The notes: a model not told the origin generated them from the letters alone. Positions 36,200 to 49,938 are shown, numbered from the stretch's first letter. The stretch is DNA of 64,000 nt from Leucoraja ocellata (GCA_036785375.1 JAWMAR010000006.1:4960001-5024000), one strand, 5' to 3'. Numbers and translations: made by a program.

Positions 36200-36859
36200 C
36201 TTTCACAAAATCATGTTCACTCTGCTTAATCATCTTATGATTTTTTTTTAAATGTCTTACTAATTTTCTCCCCAATTATAAAGATTGGTTTAACCTGCCT
36301 ATAATTTTCTACCTTCTTCCTTTCTTGAATAATGGTCTTAGATCTACAACTCTCTAAACCTCTGGGACCTCTGCAGAATTAAAGAAATATTGGTATATTA
36401 TAACCAATCTATCCACTTTCTGCAGCCACTCCCAAGAAGGCCCGATGATGCATGCTAAATGATCCAGGACCATTCTCATTCTTTAGTCCCAATAGTCCCT
36501 TGTACCTTTTGACTATGCAAATACTTTGTTTTAAGTTTATTATAGCCACCAATGATGGTGGGACTAGCATAGATGGACAAATTGGTCCAAAGGGCCCGTT
36601 TCCATGCTGTATGACTCCATTATTATTGGTAGCACCTTAATTATCTATTTTAATCAGTATATTTTCATTTACTTTCACCATGGATATGAATCTACAACAA
36701 TTATTTGGAACCTCTGCCGTTTCTTAATTTCCCATTCTTAATTTACCCATCCCATTCTTCAAGGGATCAACAGTTACTTGAACTATTCTCTTCCGTTTAT
36801 ACACTTGCAGAAACTCTTACTATAATGTTTTTATATTGTTTACTTATTTACTCTTAAGT

Positions 36860-37014
36860 GCAGTCGCCTGAAAAACCGACAACTGGAACGGAGACTGTCA
36901 GAGTGGAACACACACACATATATCGCTTCCTTCACCAGTCCGTTATGCCGACGGAAGGTCAGGGCAAGCGGGGGAGCGCTGTCTGAGTGAAATTCCCACG
37001 GTGCAAAGCCAAGG
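36860..37014 (+). repeat. 155-bp internal fragment of the 41894-42674 transposon
   Basis: Matches 41941-42095 with one visible mismatch. Confidence 0.92.
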
Positions 37015-37780
37015 ACCACTTCTGGTCTTAAGGTGGACGGGAAGCCAGTGATGGTTAAGAATGCCATTAGCAGAAGTCATTCGCTTCCACAACCACAAAC
37101 TTATTTTCTGTGAGGCAAGATTCCAACAGAGAATATTCAGGTTGAAGCCCATAAACCTTAATTTTATTTGGATTCATTGTTGACATATCCAAAGGCAACC
37201 ACTATTACCTCTGAATGTGGTTCATGGCTGTAGTAAGGTATGGATACAAGTGGTCTTGGCACGATCTAAACCAAGCATCAGTGAGCACATTATTGCTAAT
37301 TGCCATCATAGCATAGTCAAAGGCATCTTCCATCACTTTGCTAAATAAGGTGACAATTAACTTGATTAGACCCACACGTCTTTTTTATGAATTGGATCAA
37401 ACTGGACCATAAGTGCCCTTGACTGAAGAAACTATATAGGTCTTAATTACTGTTATGTTGTTAGTTCTCTACCACCCACCATCTGCTCTTTAGATGAAGA
37501 GATTTCTATCAGACCTTGGCCGTCACTTACCCATCAATGTTTCTTTTACCTCCAAGGTGGTGATGAAGTTTCCAACCCAAGAACATCTTGCATTTGCAGC
37601 TAATTAGTTCCCACATCTCCTGCTTGTTTTTATCAAAGCAGTCTCTTTTCTTCACAGGGACTAATCATGATGAACCTTTGGGTAAACCAGGCTCTGTGGA
37701 CACTGCAGCTCCTCAACGACGAGGCACTGACCGAGCAGGGCTTTCTTTGCAAGATCTACAAGACCCTCAACATTCATTTT

Positions 37781-37922
37781 NNNNNNNNNNNNNNNNNNNN
37801 NNNNNNNNNNNNNNNNNNNNNNNNNNNNNNNNNNNNNNNNNNNNNNNNNNNNNNNNNNNNNNNNNNNNNNNNNNNNNNNNNNNNNNNNNNNNNNNNNNNN
37901 NNNNNNNNNNNNNNNNNNNNNN
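37781..37922. other. Assembly gap
   Basis: Run of N. Confidence 1.
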
Positions 37923-38509
37923 CAAACTGATTAGTCACAGTGAAGAAATCCTTCCTTTCTCTATCAGCAAACTCAGGGACTGATCTGATGATTTAAGAAC
38001 TACATAATTAACTTAAAATGCAAGTTGGTCATGGGTTGTCTTTGGTAGAAAACTCCACCAATTACTAAGATCGTGGCTGATGTGATTGTAACCTTGTGTT
38101 CTTGTCTACCGCGGCACCCTTTAGCCTCCTTACTGATCAAGTATCTGTCTATTTCTACCTTAAAATCAAAGATTCTGCCTCCACTGTGTTTAAGGAAGCA
38201 AGATCTCAGATCTCCTTGACTCTGCTATCTCATGACTCATTTGAGAGAAACAAAAGTCCTGATCATCTTGCTGTCAAGTGGGCAACAACATAGTTTAAAA
38301 AAATGACCCCCCCCACCCATGATCTAAATTCTCTGGCATCCCATAAGAATGGATAAGATGGTGTTCAATCCATAACTTATCATCATCTTTCATGACACAG
38401 CTGCTGCAAATGTACTTCCAATCTATCACTCAGGCAAGAATATAAGTGGTGTTCCAGTGCCTGAAATAAGGCATTGTAGTTGTGGTCTAATGAGGGCTTG
38501 TAGTTGCCT

Positions 38510-38645
38510 CTGGTGCCAGAGGTTATGGGGAGAAGGCAGGAGAATAGGGTTAGGAGGGAGCGATTGATCAGTCATGATTGAATGGCGGAGTAGACTTGAT
38601 TGGCCTAATTCTGCTCCTATCACTTATGACCTTATGACCTTATGA
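38510..38645 (+). mobile_element. CR1 3' tail
   Basis: GGTTATGGGGAGAAGGCAGGAGAAT..(CTTATGAC)n. Confidence 0.82.
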
Positions 38646-38984
38646 AATATGTTGCTTATAACAAAGATGATGAATGACCTTTGATCTAAAATGTTAAATT
38701 ACAATGTGTCTGAGTTCCTGCCTGATGAAAGGGAAGTGGCGTTTACATATGTACACATTGGAGTTGCCCTTGTGAAATCCATTGTTCAGGCAACCAAAGA
38801 ATCATAGGGATATAAGGATGCAAAAGGAGGTAGTTCAGACCATCAACCTTATCTAGGTCAAAAACGAGCAATCCAATCTTCCAGTAATTGCTCTAAAGTC
38901 CAACAGCTCACATTCTTTAAGTACACATCCAAATACTGTGGTAAACGTGATGTGGGTTTCAGTTTCATACATAGAACACAGCAC

Positions 38985-40290
38985 ATAGAACTAAAAAGAG
39001 TACAGCACAGGAACAGGCCTTTCATCTCACAACTTTCTGTGTTGAACATAATGGCTGGTTAAACTAATCTCATCTGCCTGCAGATGATTCATATCTGTTC
39101 ATTCACTGCATAACCATGTACCCCTCTAAAAGCCTCTTAAATGCCAGTAACATGTCTGCCTCTTCCATTACCCCTGACATCGCATAGACTTCCAGTCTGC
39201 GAGTTCCAGACCATCTTCCTGTGAGAAGAAATTTCCTTTCAATCCCCCGAAAGTAAGCAAAGCATGACTTTTACTCCACTCCCACTCCAACAAGCGAGGT
39301 CCTTCTTAATTACTTTATTTAAGCCTCTCATAAATGTAAATATGTCAATTAAATCTCCTTTGTTCTGAAGAAAACAAACCACTTTGTATAGTATTTCCTT
39401 TATCTTCACTTTCTAATCTTGGCATTATCCTAGGTTGCCATTTATGCCCTCTCCAGTGCAATTACCTCTTTCAATGAATATGGTAACCTGAACTACACAC
39501 AGCACTCAAGATGTGACCTAACTTGTATTATATGCAAGTCAAGCCTAACCTCTCTGTCGTTCAATTTCATGCCTCAACTAATAAAATATGCCATGTGCTG
39601 TTTGAATTTCCTCACCAGGACGGTACTGTGGCACAGTGATAGAGTTGCTGCCTTACAGCGTCAGAGACCCGGTTTCGATCCTGACTATGGGTGCTGTCTG
39701 TATGGAGTTTGTATGTTTTCCTCGTGACCTGCGCAGGTTTTCTCTGGAGTCTCCAGTTTCCTCCCACACTCGAAAGAAATACAAGGTAGTAGGTAAATTA
39801 GCTTGGTATAATTATAAATTGTCCCTAGTATGTGTAGGATACTGTAAGTGTGTGGGGAGCGCTGGTCGGCATGGACTCGGTGGGCCAAAGGGCCTATTTC
39901 CATGCTGTATCTATCGAAACTAAACCCACTGTAGATCTATGGATAAACACTTAGAAGATTCCTAATTTCATCTACACCACTCTGCTGTATATTCTACCAT
40001 TCTACATTCCCTTACCTGATCTCTCCGAATATATTTCCGCACACTTAATTAAATTCCATTTGCCACTTTTCTGTCCGCCCTAACCAGTCTATCTGTATCT
40101 TTCTGCGGTCTAAAACTTTCCTCCTCACTTCAGCTACATGGCTAATTATGCAATATCAGCAAACTTCTTATCACACCCCCCCAACATTTTAGTTTAAATC
40201 ATTAGTTTATACTAGAAAAAGCAATGGACCAAACACTGCAGAACGACATTGCTATCAACCACCCATTGATCATTATCTCTGCTCTAAAAG
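38985..40290 (-). mobile_element. CR1 tail and older CR1 ORF2 remnants split by a SINE
   Basis: Tail 38985-39180; minus-strand motifs YCV.F..P and KFAD. Confidence 0.55.
39622..39925 (+). mobile_element. V-SINE
   Basis: Consensus match. Confidence 0.9.
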
Positions 40291-40324
40291 CAAAAACTAG
40301 AGATCTCTGTATTTTTCATGTCTT

Positions 40325-40604
40325 AGGTTTATGATTTTAGAGATAGAGCGTGGAAACAGGCCCTGCAGCCCACCGAGTCCACGTTGACCAGTGATCACCC
40401 TGTACACTAGTTCTATCCTACACACTAGGGACAATTTACAGAAGCCAATCAACCTACAAACCTGCACATCTTTGAAATGTGGGAGGAAACCGGAGCACCC
40501 AGATAAAATCCATGTTGTCACAGGGAGAACGCACAAAGTCCATACAGACAGTACCCGTGGTCAGGATCGAACCCGGATCTCTGGCGCTACAAGGCAGCAA
40601 CTCT
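40325..40604 (-). mobile_element. V-SINE
   Basis: Reverse consensus match. Confidence 0.9.
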
Positions 40605-41893
40605 GATCGAATTTGCCACCCTTCCTTGACTCCCATTAGTCTTCATAACCATCTCTTGGTTACTCTCGTGTCTCCCCAGATACCAAGGACATTAGTAGGC
40701 CACTGTATCCCATATAAGATCTCATTAAAATTGTAAACCCCCCCCCCCCCCCCCAAAGCCCACTCCTCCCCCACATGCACCAAGACCATTCTTCTCCCCC
40801 TCCCTCCTGCCCAACACCGAAATTTGGCGAAGGTTTATTGTTCATTCATTGTTGCCTGAAGTTGGTCAAAAGCTCAGGTCAGGTTTAAGTTGGTTGAGTG
40901 GTTCTATCTAAAGCTGTTTAAGCCACTTTTCTCCAGGGACCCTAGGACATCTTGCCCAAGGTCCAAACATGGATCTTGGAAAGCTGATGCTGGCTGCCTA
41001 ATGCTGACTGATACTTACAGTGTGCCTTCTCCCAGTCAACTTTGGGCAAGTTGTTGGGTCCCAGTGCTTTAGTTGGTGTTGGATTTGTCCTTGTTATCTG
41101 CAAGAAATTGTGGCCTCCAATGTGGCTTGTAAACACCTTATTAACTACACAGCGGTGGTACAGCACAGCACGAAGGAGCATGTCCTCGGTGTGAGGATGG
41201 GTTGCAAGGTGGGTGATATACCAACACTGTCACAGGTGGCTTCACCTGTGCAAAGTGGATTGGGGAGAATCAGATCAAGTACATGTATTAATTCTTTCTG
41301 GTTCTCTTGCTACTGAGAGCACTGTTTCCTTTGATCTTGTGCATTTTACCCATTTACTCATTTTATATAAAAACCTTATGTAGCTATGTCTTGCACTGAA
41401 ATACCCGCTTATTGAAGGCAGATCCAATCTTGCTAAAATCCAAGACTGCCCTTTTTTCTATTTATTTCTCCTCTGAAAAAAGTTTTATTCCATTATATTT
41501 ATGTCAGAAAGAGGACCCGATACATCAGTACCAATGTTTTGTATTCTTGGTCTTGATCGTCTCACGACATCACTCAAACTACTCAGCATTATCATTACAC
41601 AAATGACAGGGAGGTTAGAATTTTTCTTCTCCGTACAGAATATTTGAACAGCGATTGATTTATTACCGGTGGCCATGAGACACTGACATCATTGAAATGG
41701 GGCTGGAGTAGATAGAACTAAGACCTGCAAGACTGCATGAAGAGCAAGATTTTGAATGCAGCTGACACAAAATTACAGAATGTGAAATGTTTAAGTGTTA
41801 TATAACCTCACCAAGTTCAACCAAGCTCACCGAGAACAATTGGTTTTGCAAAAGATCTAACTGCAGTTTTGCAGATGAAAATGGGAAAAAAAT

Positions 41894-42674
41894 TGGCCTG
41901 TCCCACATAGATGATTTTTCAGGCGACTGCCAAGTTGCTGGCAGTCGTCTGAAAAACCGACAACTGGAACGGAGACTGTCAGAGTGGAACACACACACAT
42001 ATATCGCTTCCTTCACCAGTCCGTTATGCCGACGGAAGGTCAGGGCAAGCGGGGGAGCGCTGTCTGAGTGAAATTCCCACGGTGCAAAGCCAAGGTGGTA
42101 AAGACACACACCGCAATGAACAGGAAGGTTGGTGCTGTAATTAACAAGGCTAAATCACAGTGTACAGTAAGTCCATTAAAAGAGGGGGGTGAGATGGGAG
42201 AGAAGGAGGGAGAAGGAGTGGAGACACCCTTTAAGAAGCCAGAGATACATGGCTGTGAAGCTCGGCGGGCATTAACATTACCGATCGGTTATCCTTGGTT
42301 CTGAAAACTCCTGCTTACATTTTTTTTCCCAATGAGCCAATGAATTTCACCGGTCAGCACCGGCTACAACCTATGAGAACCTACAAGAACCTTTGACCTC
42401 CTGGCAACCCACTAGGACCTCCAGGCGACCCACCCACGGCACAAGAATTCTCGCTGCTCTCCAGGGCGGCTTCATTCTAGTCACCGCTAATTTTCTCAAC
42501 ATATTGAAAAATTTGCAGCGACTATAATGAGGCCGTGATTAATTCCCAGAATGCGGGAACTCCTCACGACCACGAAGGCGACTCCCCGGTAACCACCTGC
42601 GAACATGTGGCGACATGTGGCGACTGCATAGTCTCCTGCAGTTGCATAAAATGTCACCTAAGTGGGACAGACCC
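41894..42674. mobile_element. Non-autonomous DNA transposon, PIF/Harbinger-like termini
   Basis: Approx. 37-bp imperfect TIRs (TGGCCTGTCCCACATAGATGA.. / ..TCACCTAAGTGGGACAGACCC); internal palindromes; no transposase; TSD unclear. Confidence 0.72.
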
Positions 42675-42724
42675 ATAACAGTGTTTGTGAAAATTGCATA
42701 AAGATAAACATCATTATTGGCATA

Positions 42725-43060
42725 GATAGACAGTGAGAACCTTTTTCACAGGGTGGCAATGTCACAGACGAGAGGGTATAGCTTTAAGATGCGAGGGGCA
42801 AAGTTTAAATGAGGTGTGTGGAATATGTTTTTTACACAGAAGGTGGTGGGTGATTGGAATTGACTGTCAGGGGTGATGGTGGAGGCAGGTACGATAGTGG
42901 TGTTTAAGAGGCTTTTAGAAAGGAGCATAGATCTGCAGGGAATGGAGGGATATGGATCATGTGCAGGCAGAGGAGATTAGTTTAAGTTGGCATCACGTTC
43001 AACTTGGGCATTGGGGCCAGTAAGGCCTGTTTCTGTGCTGTACTGTTTTATGTTCTATCT
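42725..43060 (+). mobile_element. CR1 3' end (second family)
   Basis: TRGYSFKMRGAKF..FFTQKVVG.WN.L. Confidence 0.82.
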
Positions 43061-43529
43061 GCAATTGCAAGGTTAATCAGAAGAGCTGAACCAGGCTACC
43101 CCATGATGTGTCAGCCCCAGAGTGGCACTTTCTATGTATGTTCTGGCAGCTACTGTATTTGGACTTGCAGGTGTGACCACGGTTGCCACTCCTTGGATGT
43201 ATGCAAAACTCAAGCAGCACTCATTCAGCTACAGGTCCACCACTATACACAACAGCTACAGCTCCACCATTCATTTTCTGGCACCCTTGGTTCCAGAGCC
43301 TTTTGCTGGATTATCCGTTTTGTTAGACCAATGGAGGTCACGGCGTTGGGGGTTCGAGATAACGACGCACAAGGAAGTCGGCTATGAGAATGGATCTGCT
43401 TAGTTCAGCCTGGCCGGAGTTCCAGAGCCCTGGCTGAAAGCCACAAACTCAACGTGGCTATTGATGCAGAAGTCCCGTTGATGTTGAGATTGGGCAATTA
43501 AAGTAATGGGTTGCCCCCACCTCCCTGTT

Positions 43530-43822
43530 GAGTTTAGAGTTCAGAGAAACATGTCCTTCGGCCCACCGAGTCTGTGCCGACCAGCAATCCCCACTAGCTA
43601 ACACTATCCTACATACACTAGGGACAATTTACAATTATACCAAGACAATTAGCCTTCAAATCTGTACGTCCTTGGAGTGTGGGAGTAAACTGGAGCTCCC
43701 CTGTAAAAAACCCACGCAGGTCATGGGGAGAACATACAAACACCACACAGACAACACCCATAGTCATGATTGAACCCGAGTCTCTGGTGCTGTAAAGCGG
43801 CAACTCTGCCGCTGTGCCACCG
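43530..43822 (-). mobile_element. V-SINE
   Basis: Reverse consensus match. Confidence 0.9.
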
Positions 43823-44396
43823 TTCTGCCACTGTTGCTTAAAACTCAAGTTATTAATCTCACTTCCAATCATCTTAAACTTAAATTATCTCAAGCAGAAT
43901 AATCTTTGAACATCACCTGTAGTCAACTTCCCTGTGTCCTGGGTGTCTCTTGAAAAGGTCTCTGAACAAAACTAAGGCACCAACTTTGACTCAATTCAGA
44001 GCGAGGAGTGCCCTAATGCAGCCAGGAGCTGCATTAAACATACTCAGGCATGATGCACCTAACCCCCTCAAATGTATCAGTCCTGAATGCTTGGCAAAAG
44101 CTTACAGTGAAATTGTTTTCTCCTTTGCTCACTCAACAACAGTAAATCAGCACAAGCCTCAAAAGGCCAAGCTGTTGTAATACTTGTATTCATCAAAATA
44201 ATCCAACTGTGCCTCCTCCAAGGCCAACTTTCACCTTCGTATATGTGAAAAAACAACTCAGCGGCAGTCAGCAAAGTTAATTTTAAAATCCTGTTGGCTT
44301 CTTGATGCATGCTGAGAGAGAAAATTTAGTTGACTTTAACATTGTTCAGGTTGCAGCAAACGGCTTTGCAAGCCTCGTGCAGGCGGTAAACTGAGG

Positions 44397-44415
44397 GTGA
44401 CCCTGACCTTGACCT
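44397..44415 (-). promoter_or_regulatory. Triple nuclear-receptor half-site (AGGTCA AGGTCA GGGTCA, DR0; includes TCAAGGTCA)
   Basis: TGACCCTGACCTTGACCT in a repeat-free block. Confidence 0.45.
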
Positions 44416-44856
44416 CTGCGGGGAAGACAGTCAATGAAGATGCGCCAGCCTGCATTTGGGGTACCAGCAGTTCACAGGTTTTGATGAGTACATATAAAGC
44501 TGCTTGCCTTTTGGCATTTTAAACAGTAGAGTTTCAGGGTAAACAGGATGATAAAACCAAGCTGTTGGTGTGACTGAGTAATAACTTTAAGCTAAGGAAT
44601 GAATCAATGTGACGATGTATAATGTGCAAATGTTGAAGGTTGATTTAACCTGGTGTGTGCTGCCCGAGACATAATTTCTTGGTGAAGATGCAACCATACT
44701 GACAGTGAACCACACATTTTTGTGCACTATTCACCTGAGCACACTAGACATGTTTAGAGTCATAGAGATAGAGAGAAATGCAGCATGGAAACAAAGGCCA
44801 TGCATAGCATTAAACACCCATTTACACTAATACAGCACTAATCACTTTTTTTCCCT

Positions 44857-45165
44857 CATAGAAACATAGAAAATAGGTATATTTGGCCCTTCGAGCCAAC
44901 ACCGCGCCATTCAATATAATCTTGGCTAATCAACCAAAATCAGTACCTCGTCCTGCTTTCTGCCCAAGTCCCTTGATTCCATTAGCTCTAAGAGCTATAT
45001 CTAACTCTCTCTTGAATACATCCAGTGAATCCAGAAAATTCCACAAATTCACAACTCTCTCAGTGAAAAAGTTTTTTCTCATCTCAGTCCTAAATGGCCT
45101 ACCTCTTTTTCTTAAACTGTGACCCCTGGTTCTGGACTCCCCCAACAGTGGGAACATATTTTCAT
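44857..45165 (-). mobile_element. CR1 3' end nested in an old SINE (SINE continues 45190-45375)
   Basis: MFPLLGESRTRGHSLRKRGRPFRTEMRKNFFTERVVNLWN. Confidence 0.88.
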
Positions 45166-45749
45166 TAAATTCCCCAGATACTCCTATGAGGGGCAATTTG
45201 CAATGGCCAACTAACCTAACAACTCGTACATCTTTGGGTTATGGGAAGAAACTGGAGGACGTGGACAAAACCCATGTAGTCATAATGAGAATGTGCAAAC
45301 TCCGCACTGACAGCACCCAAGGCCAGGATTGAACCCACATCCTCAGCACTGTAAGATAGTGGGCCTACTGGCAGTGACAGTCCGCTGCCCTAATCATAAT
45401 TTTAAACAATCCTGCATTAGATGCACAGCTAATGATGTCACACTAATGTGCACAGTGCACATTTTCTTCCTTAACAGAACAAATTATAGGTCAAGGAACT
45501 ATATGACCTTTTTGGATCATATGCGCCAGAAAATGTAGCAGAACGGACTGTGATGCCGTTCCTTTTACCCGGCAACAGGCCTAGCCCATCCGCCTGGGGG
45601 AGCAAACTGGTCATGTATGGGACCTCTTAAACAGTGCCTCTCATTTGTCGGGGACCGTGCGTCTCATTAAAGCAGAATCCCTTTGCTCCATGAGGACATT
45701 AAACTGCTCCCAAATGTCAGAGACTAGACTTCCAGGTGCATTAGGACAG

Positions 45750-45882
45750 GGCTGGAGAGATCTGCAGATGCAGATGTAGAGACCCTTGACCCTGTTTCGG
45801 GTCGAGGATCTCTGCATCTGCATCTTCTATCCAGAGATGCTGCCTGTCCTGCAGAGTTACACCAGCATTTTGTGTCTATCTT
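45750..45882 (+). mobile_element. Rearranged pLTR element containing a 27-bp hairpin
   Basis: Arms 45766-45792 and 45799-45825; pLTR tail follows. Confidence 0.75.
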
Positions 45883-46741
45883 TGGACTGGGACAGTGTCG
45901 CATAGAAAAGCTCATGTGGAGTCTGTCTGTGCTCTCCACGATGGTTCAGAGTGAAGGTCATGGAGAGAGTGCAGGGGGACTGGGAGGTGGGTGAAGTCAC
46001 ACGTACAGAGATATGTAAGGAGATTGTGAAATAGAAACTGACCATTTAGTCAAAGTGATAGCTTTTAGGAAAAATAAGTAAAGAGGTGGAAAGATTAATA
46101 GATGGGATTTTGGAGCCAGGGATCTTGGCAGCTGAAGATACAGCTACCAGTAATGGTGCAATTAGTACGGGAGTAACACAAGGGAACAGAACTGAGGGAG
46201 ATGGAGATCATAACTAGAATACATTTATGAGGAGCTTAGAATACATTTTTCCTCAATCTGTTGCCTACAGCTTGTATCCTCAGCTTGTCCTTCTTTTACT
46301 GTTGGAGGTTATGTTAACTTTTATCAACCGTCTTGTAAATGCAGAGCATTTTAAAAGTGTGGGTGACATCATCAGAAATTGGCTACGAGACTGACTCCAA
46401 GTGCGATATTCAGTTGAGCTGGCAAGCGCAGAGTTGAAAGAGTGTGACTGCTGAAACATCCTTGGTTCACGGTTATATCACTTCATTTCCCTTGCGCTGC
46501 TTACATCAGTAATTCTTCCAGCCCTGTTTCCTCAGCTTTTCACCAGCATGTACAATGATGGAGCACAAAGCTGCCAAGTGGGTTTTTTTCCCATTTGAGA
46601 AATAGCCTTCTAAGTTCCACCTGGTTTCACTTATGTTACATTTAACAGACTTTATTTTCCCCACGGAATCTTCTTTACAAATTATGACATTTATTGTTAA
46701 TCCATGAAAAAAACTGATATTATTTTACAATGTAACTCAGG

Positions 46742-47050
46742 GCAGCACAGTTGTCCAGCGGTAGAGTTGCTGCCTTCGAGCACCAGGGACCCGGGTCAGA
46801 TCCGGATGCTGTCTGTATGGAGTTTGTGCATGTTCCCTGTGACCACGTGGGTTTTCTCCGGGTGCTCCGCTTTCCTCCGGGTGCTCCGCTTTCCTCCCAC
46901 TCCCTAAAGACGTACAGGTTTGAAGGTTTATTGGCTTTGGTAAAACTTGTATATTGTCCCTAGTGTGTGGGATAGTGTTAGTGTATGGAGTAATTGCTGT
47001 TCGGTGTGGACTCGTTGGGCCCATTGCCACGCTATATATCTAAAGTCTAA
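46742..47050 (+). mobile_element. V-SINE with 19-bp internal duplication
   Basis: (GGTGCTCCGCTTTCCTCC)2 at about 46861-46897. Confidence 0.9.
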
Positions 47051-48012
47051 ATCAGTTCGTTGGCCAGAGAGATAATGGGGTAAGGTCAGAGTTGATAGCA
47101 GAAGCTGTGTTGCATGGATGGTGCGCTGGGACTGGATGAAACGTCCTGCTTCTCTTGGGACAGGAGTGGTGCTTGCCTCCAAACCTATTTGCCACGTTAT
47201 TTCTTTACTCCTCCTTCTACTTGTGTAGGAAATCCCAACAATGTGGGTTAAAAGTAGAAATGGCATTATAGTGGGACACGCTGCTTCCTTTCAAGGTTTG
47301 AATCACTACTCCAGACTGCACAAACAGTTTAAATACTCTTTAACTACTGCCTTTATTAAAACTGGACGAAGGTGGGTTTGAGATGCGTTTGGGTTGTTAT
47401 GAAAATGTTGATGCATTTTTTCACATCTATTTTTTGTAATTTGTAAGAATGAATATACTTGTTATTTATTGGCCACGTCAGCAGAAGTCCTGGTACTTTA
47501 ACGTGTTTATCTTCTGTTCCTCCTTTGACGGCCACCATTTTGATTGTTCTCTGTAAGGGTGGTGTTCATAGATTTGTAAACTCCAGCAAGGCGTGAAGTA
47601 AACATAATCTAGTGAAGTAAAAGTCTCAACCCTACGTTAATTTGATATGTTAAGATACGGCAACACCCAATACAAACTCCCCCCACTTTGGAGGTTAAAT
47701 TTATTGTGAGTTTCTCTCTCTGTAAACATTTATCGTCATGTTGTCTTAATCTAAGTGTTGGACAGTGTGGAATTCCTTCTCTGCAAAAGGGATCTGCATA
47801 GTATGATTAACCCTGTAAGTATTTTTATTCTGCAAGGTAAATAGTCAAAGCAAAGAAGTTGCAGGTTAATGTAATAGTTTTAATAAATATGGGTGGAACT
47901 GAGATTTAGGGCATTGCTGTCAGATACGTGCACATATGAAGCCCATTGTGTTTTCCTTGTTATTGCAGCTCTTCTTTAATAAAGGTACAGCATTAGCCAT
48001 CTTCCAGTATGG

Positions 48013-48325
48013 AGAAACAAGGAACTGTAGATGCTGGTTAACACACAAAAGAACACACATTGCTGGTGTAACTTTGCAGGCTAGGCAGCATCTCAGGTCA
48101 ACATGGATAGGTGACTTTTATGGTCGAGATCCTTCAGGCTGATTGTAGGGATAGGGGGGAAGAAAGCTAGAAGAGGGGAGAGGCAGGACAAAGCATGGTG
48201 AGTAATAGGTAGACGCAGGCAAGTATTTTTTCTTTGATAGGCAGATGGTTGGAACGCAGGTCTGAGATAAAAACAGAAGGTGAGCTACACGGTTGAAGAG
48301 TTTCAAATTGTGAAGCTGGAGGAAG
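48013..48325 (-). mobile_element. Penelope pLTR plus 3' UTR
   Basis: Homologous to 6488-6742. Confidence 0.72.
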
Positions 48326-49042
48326 TATAAATGCAGCACGATCGTGCTGCTGTAGAGTTGCAGCCTTACAACCCCAGGGACGCGGGTTTGATCCTTGAGT
48401 ACTCCAATTTTAGGTAACCTCCTACTAAATTCCCTCACATCTCCCACTGCACCCCCCCCCCCCCCCCTATCCTCCTCCTCAGTGCTCCACATGGACTCCC
48501 ACCTATTTTTCCTCCTTACATAAGCCAATTAACCTACAAATCTGCACGTCTTTGGAATGTGGGAGGAAACCGGAGCACCCGAGAAAACCCCTGTGGTCAT
48601 AGGGAAAATGTACAAACTCCGTATAGGCAACGCCCCTAGGCAGGATCGAACCCGTGTCACAATGCTGCATCTATACTATTGAGTAGTCTGGCCTGCCCTG
48701 CCCAGCCCAACCATCAATCATTAATAACTGATTTATCACAATCCCATGTGGCCATCAATGCCCTGAGTTTGTGTGCCTTCCATTTCAGTCTTCTTGCATT
48801 AAAATAAGCCGATTAGACCATCCTCCGTCCCTGTCCTGCCTCTGCCTGTCCTAGCTACTGGATTTACTTGCTTTGGCTTGTATATTTGCCTCAACATTCC
48901 CGATAGTAACACTATTACTTTGGGTTTCCTTCCCCCTCACTCCCCTACCTCTATCCACCTCACCAATTGGACTGGTTCACATCCCCCGTAAGAAGTCCTG
49001 GAAAAACCTCTTCCCAGGATAGTTGTTCCACTTCGGTGAAGG

Positions 49043-49320
49043 TTTAGTTTAATTTAATTTAGAGAAACAGCACGGGAACAGACCCTTCAGCCCACTAAGT
49101 CTGCACCGACCAGCGATCCCCGCACACTAACATTATCCTGCACACACCAGGGACAATGTACAGTTATATCAATCCAACCGTTTGGAGAACCATTTGGAGA
49201 AAACCCACACAGGTTACAGAGAGAACAAACAAACTCTGTACAGACAAGCATCCGCGGTCAGCATTGAACCCAGGTCTCTGGTGCTGTAATGTAGTAGCTC
49301 TACCACTGTGCCACCATGCC
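49043..49320 (-). mobile_element. V-SINE (further fragments at 48335-48400 + and 48520-48660 -)
   Basis: Reverse consensus match. Confidence 0.85.
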
Positions 49321-49494
49321 GCCGTTAAGGTGTATATGACTGCAACTAATAGTGTACAAAAACGAATTTTATAAATATTTGAACGGAAAATAATTTTCAA
49401 AGTCTTGGGTTGACAGGTTCTTTCACCTGCTTGTGCACTTTTCAAGGGCGCTTGGAATGTCACTGAGTTGTGTGTGCACAAACACAGGGATAAC

Positions 49495-49938
49495 ATATCT
49501 GAGGAAGAATGTGCTGGCTCTGGAGAGGGCCAAGAGGAGATTTACAAGATTGATTCGAGGAATGAACGGGTTAGTATATGAAGAGCGTTTGACAGCACTG
49601 GGTCTCCACTCGCTGTTTAGAAGGTTTAGATGGTTGCGGGGTAACCTCATTGAAACTTACAGAATAATGAAAGGCATAGATAGAGTGGATGTGGAAAGAA
49701 TGTTTCCACTGTGGGAGAGTCTAGGACCAGAGGTCATAGCCTCAGAATTGAAGGGTGCTCTTTTAGAAAGGAGGTGAGGAGGAACTTCTTTAATTAGCGG
49801 GTAGTTAATCTGTGGGACTCATTATCACAGAGGGTTGTGGAGGCCAAGTCAGTGGATATTTTAAGGTAGAGAGAGACAAATTCTTGATTAGAACTGGTGT
49901 CAAGGGTTATGGGGAGAAGGGAGGAAAATGGGATTAGG
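49495..49938 (+). mobile_element. CR1 ORF2 C-terminal fragment
   Basis: YLRKNVLALERAKRRFTRLIRGM..YEERL..LRGNLIETYRIMKGIDRVDVERMFPL. Confidence 0.9.

Noticed and set aside
37588-37983. ORFs spanning N runs (also 61687-62054)
   Set aside because: Artefacts of assembly gaps
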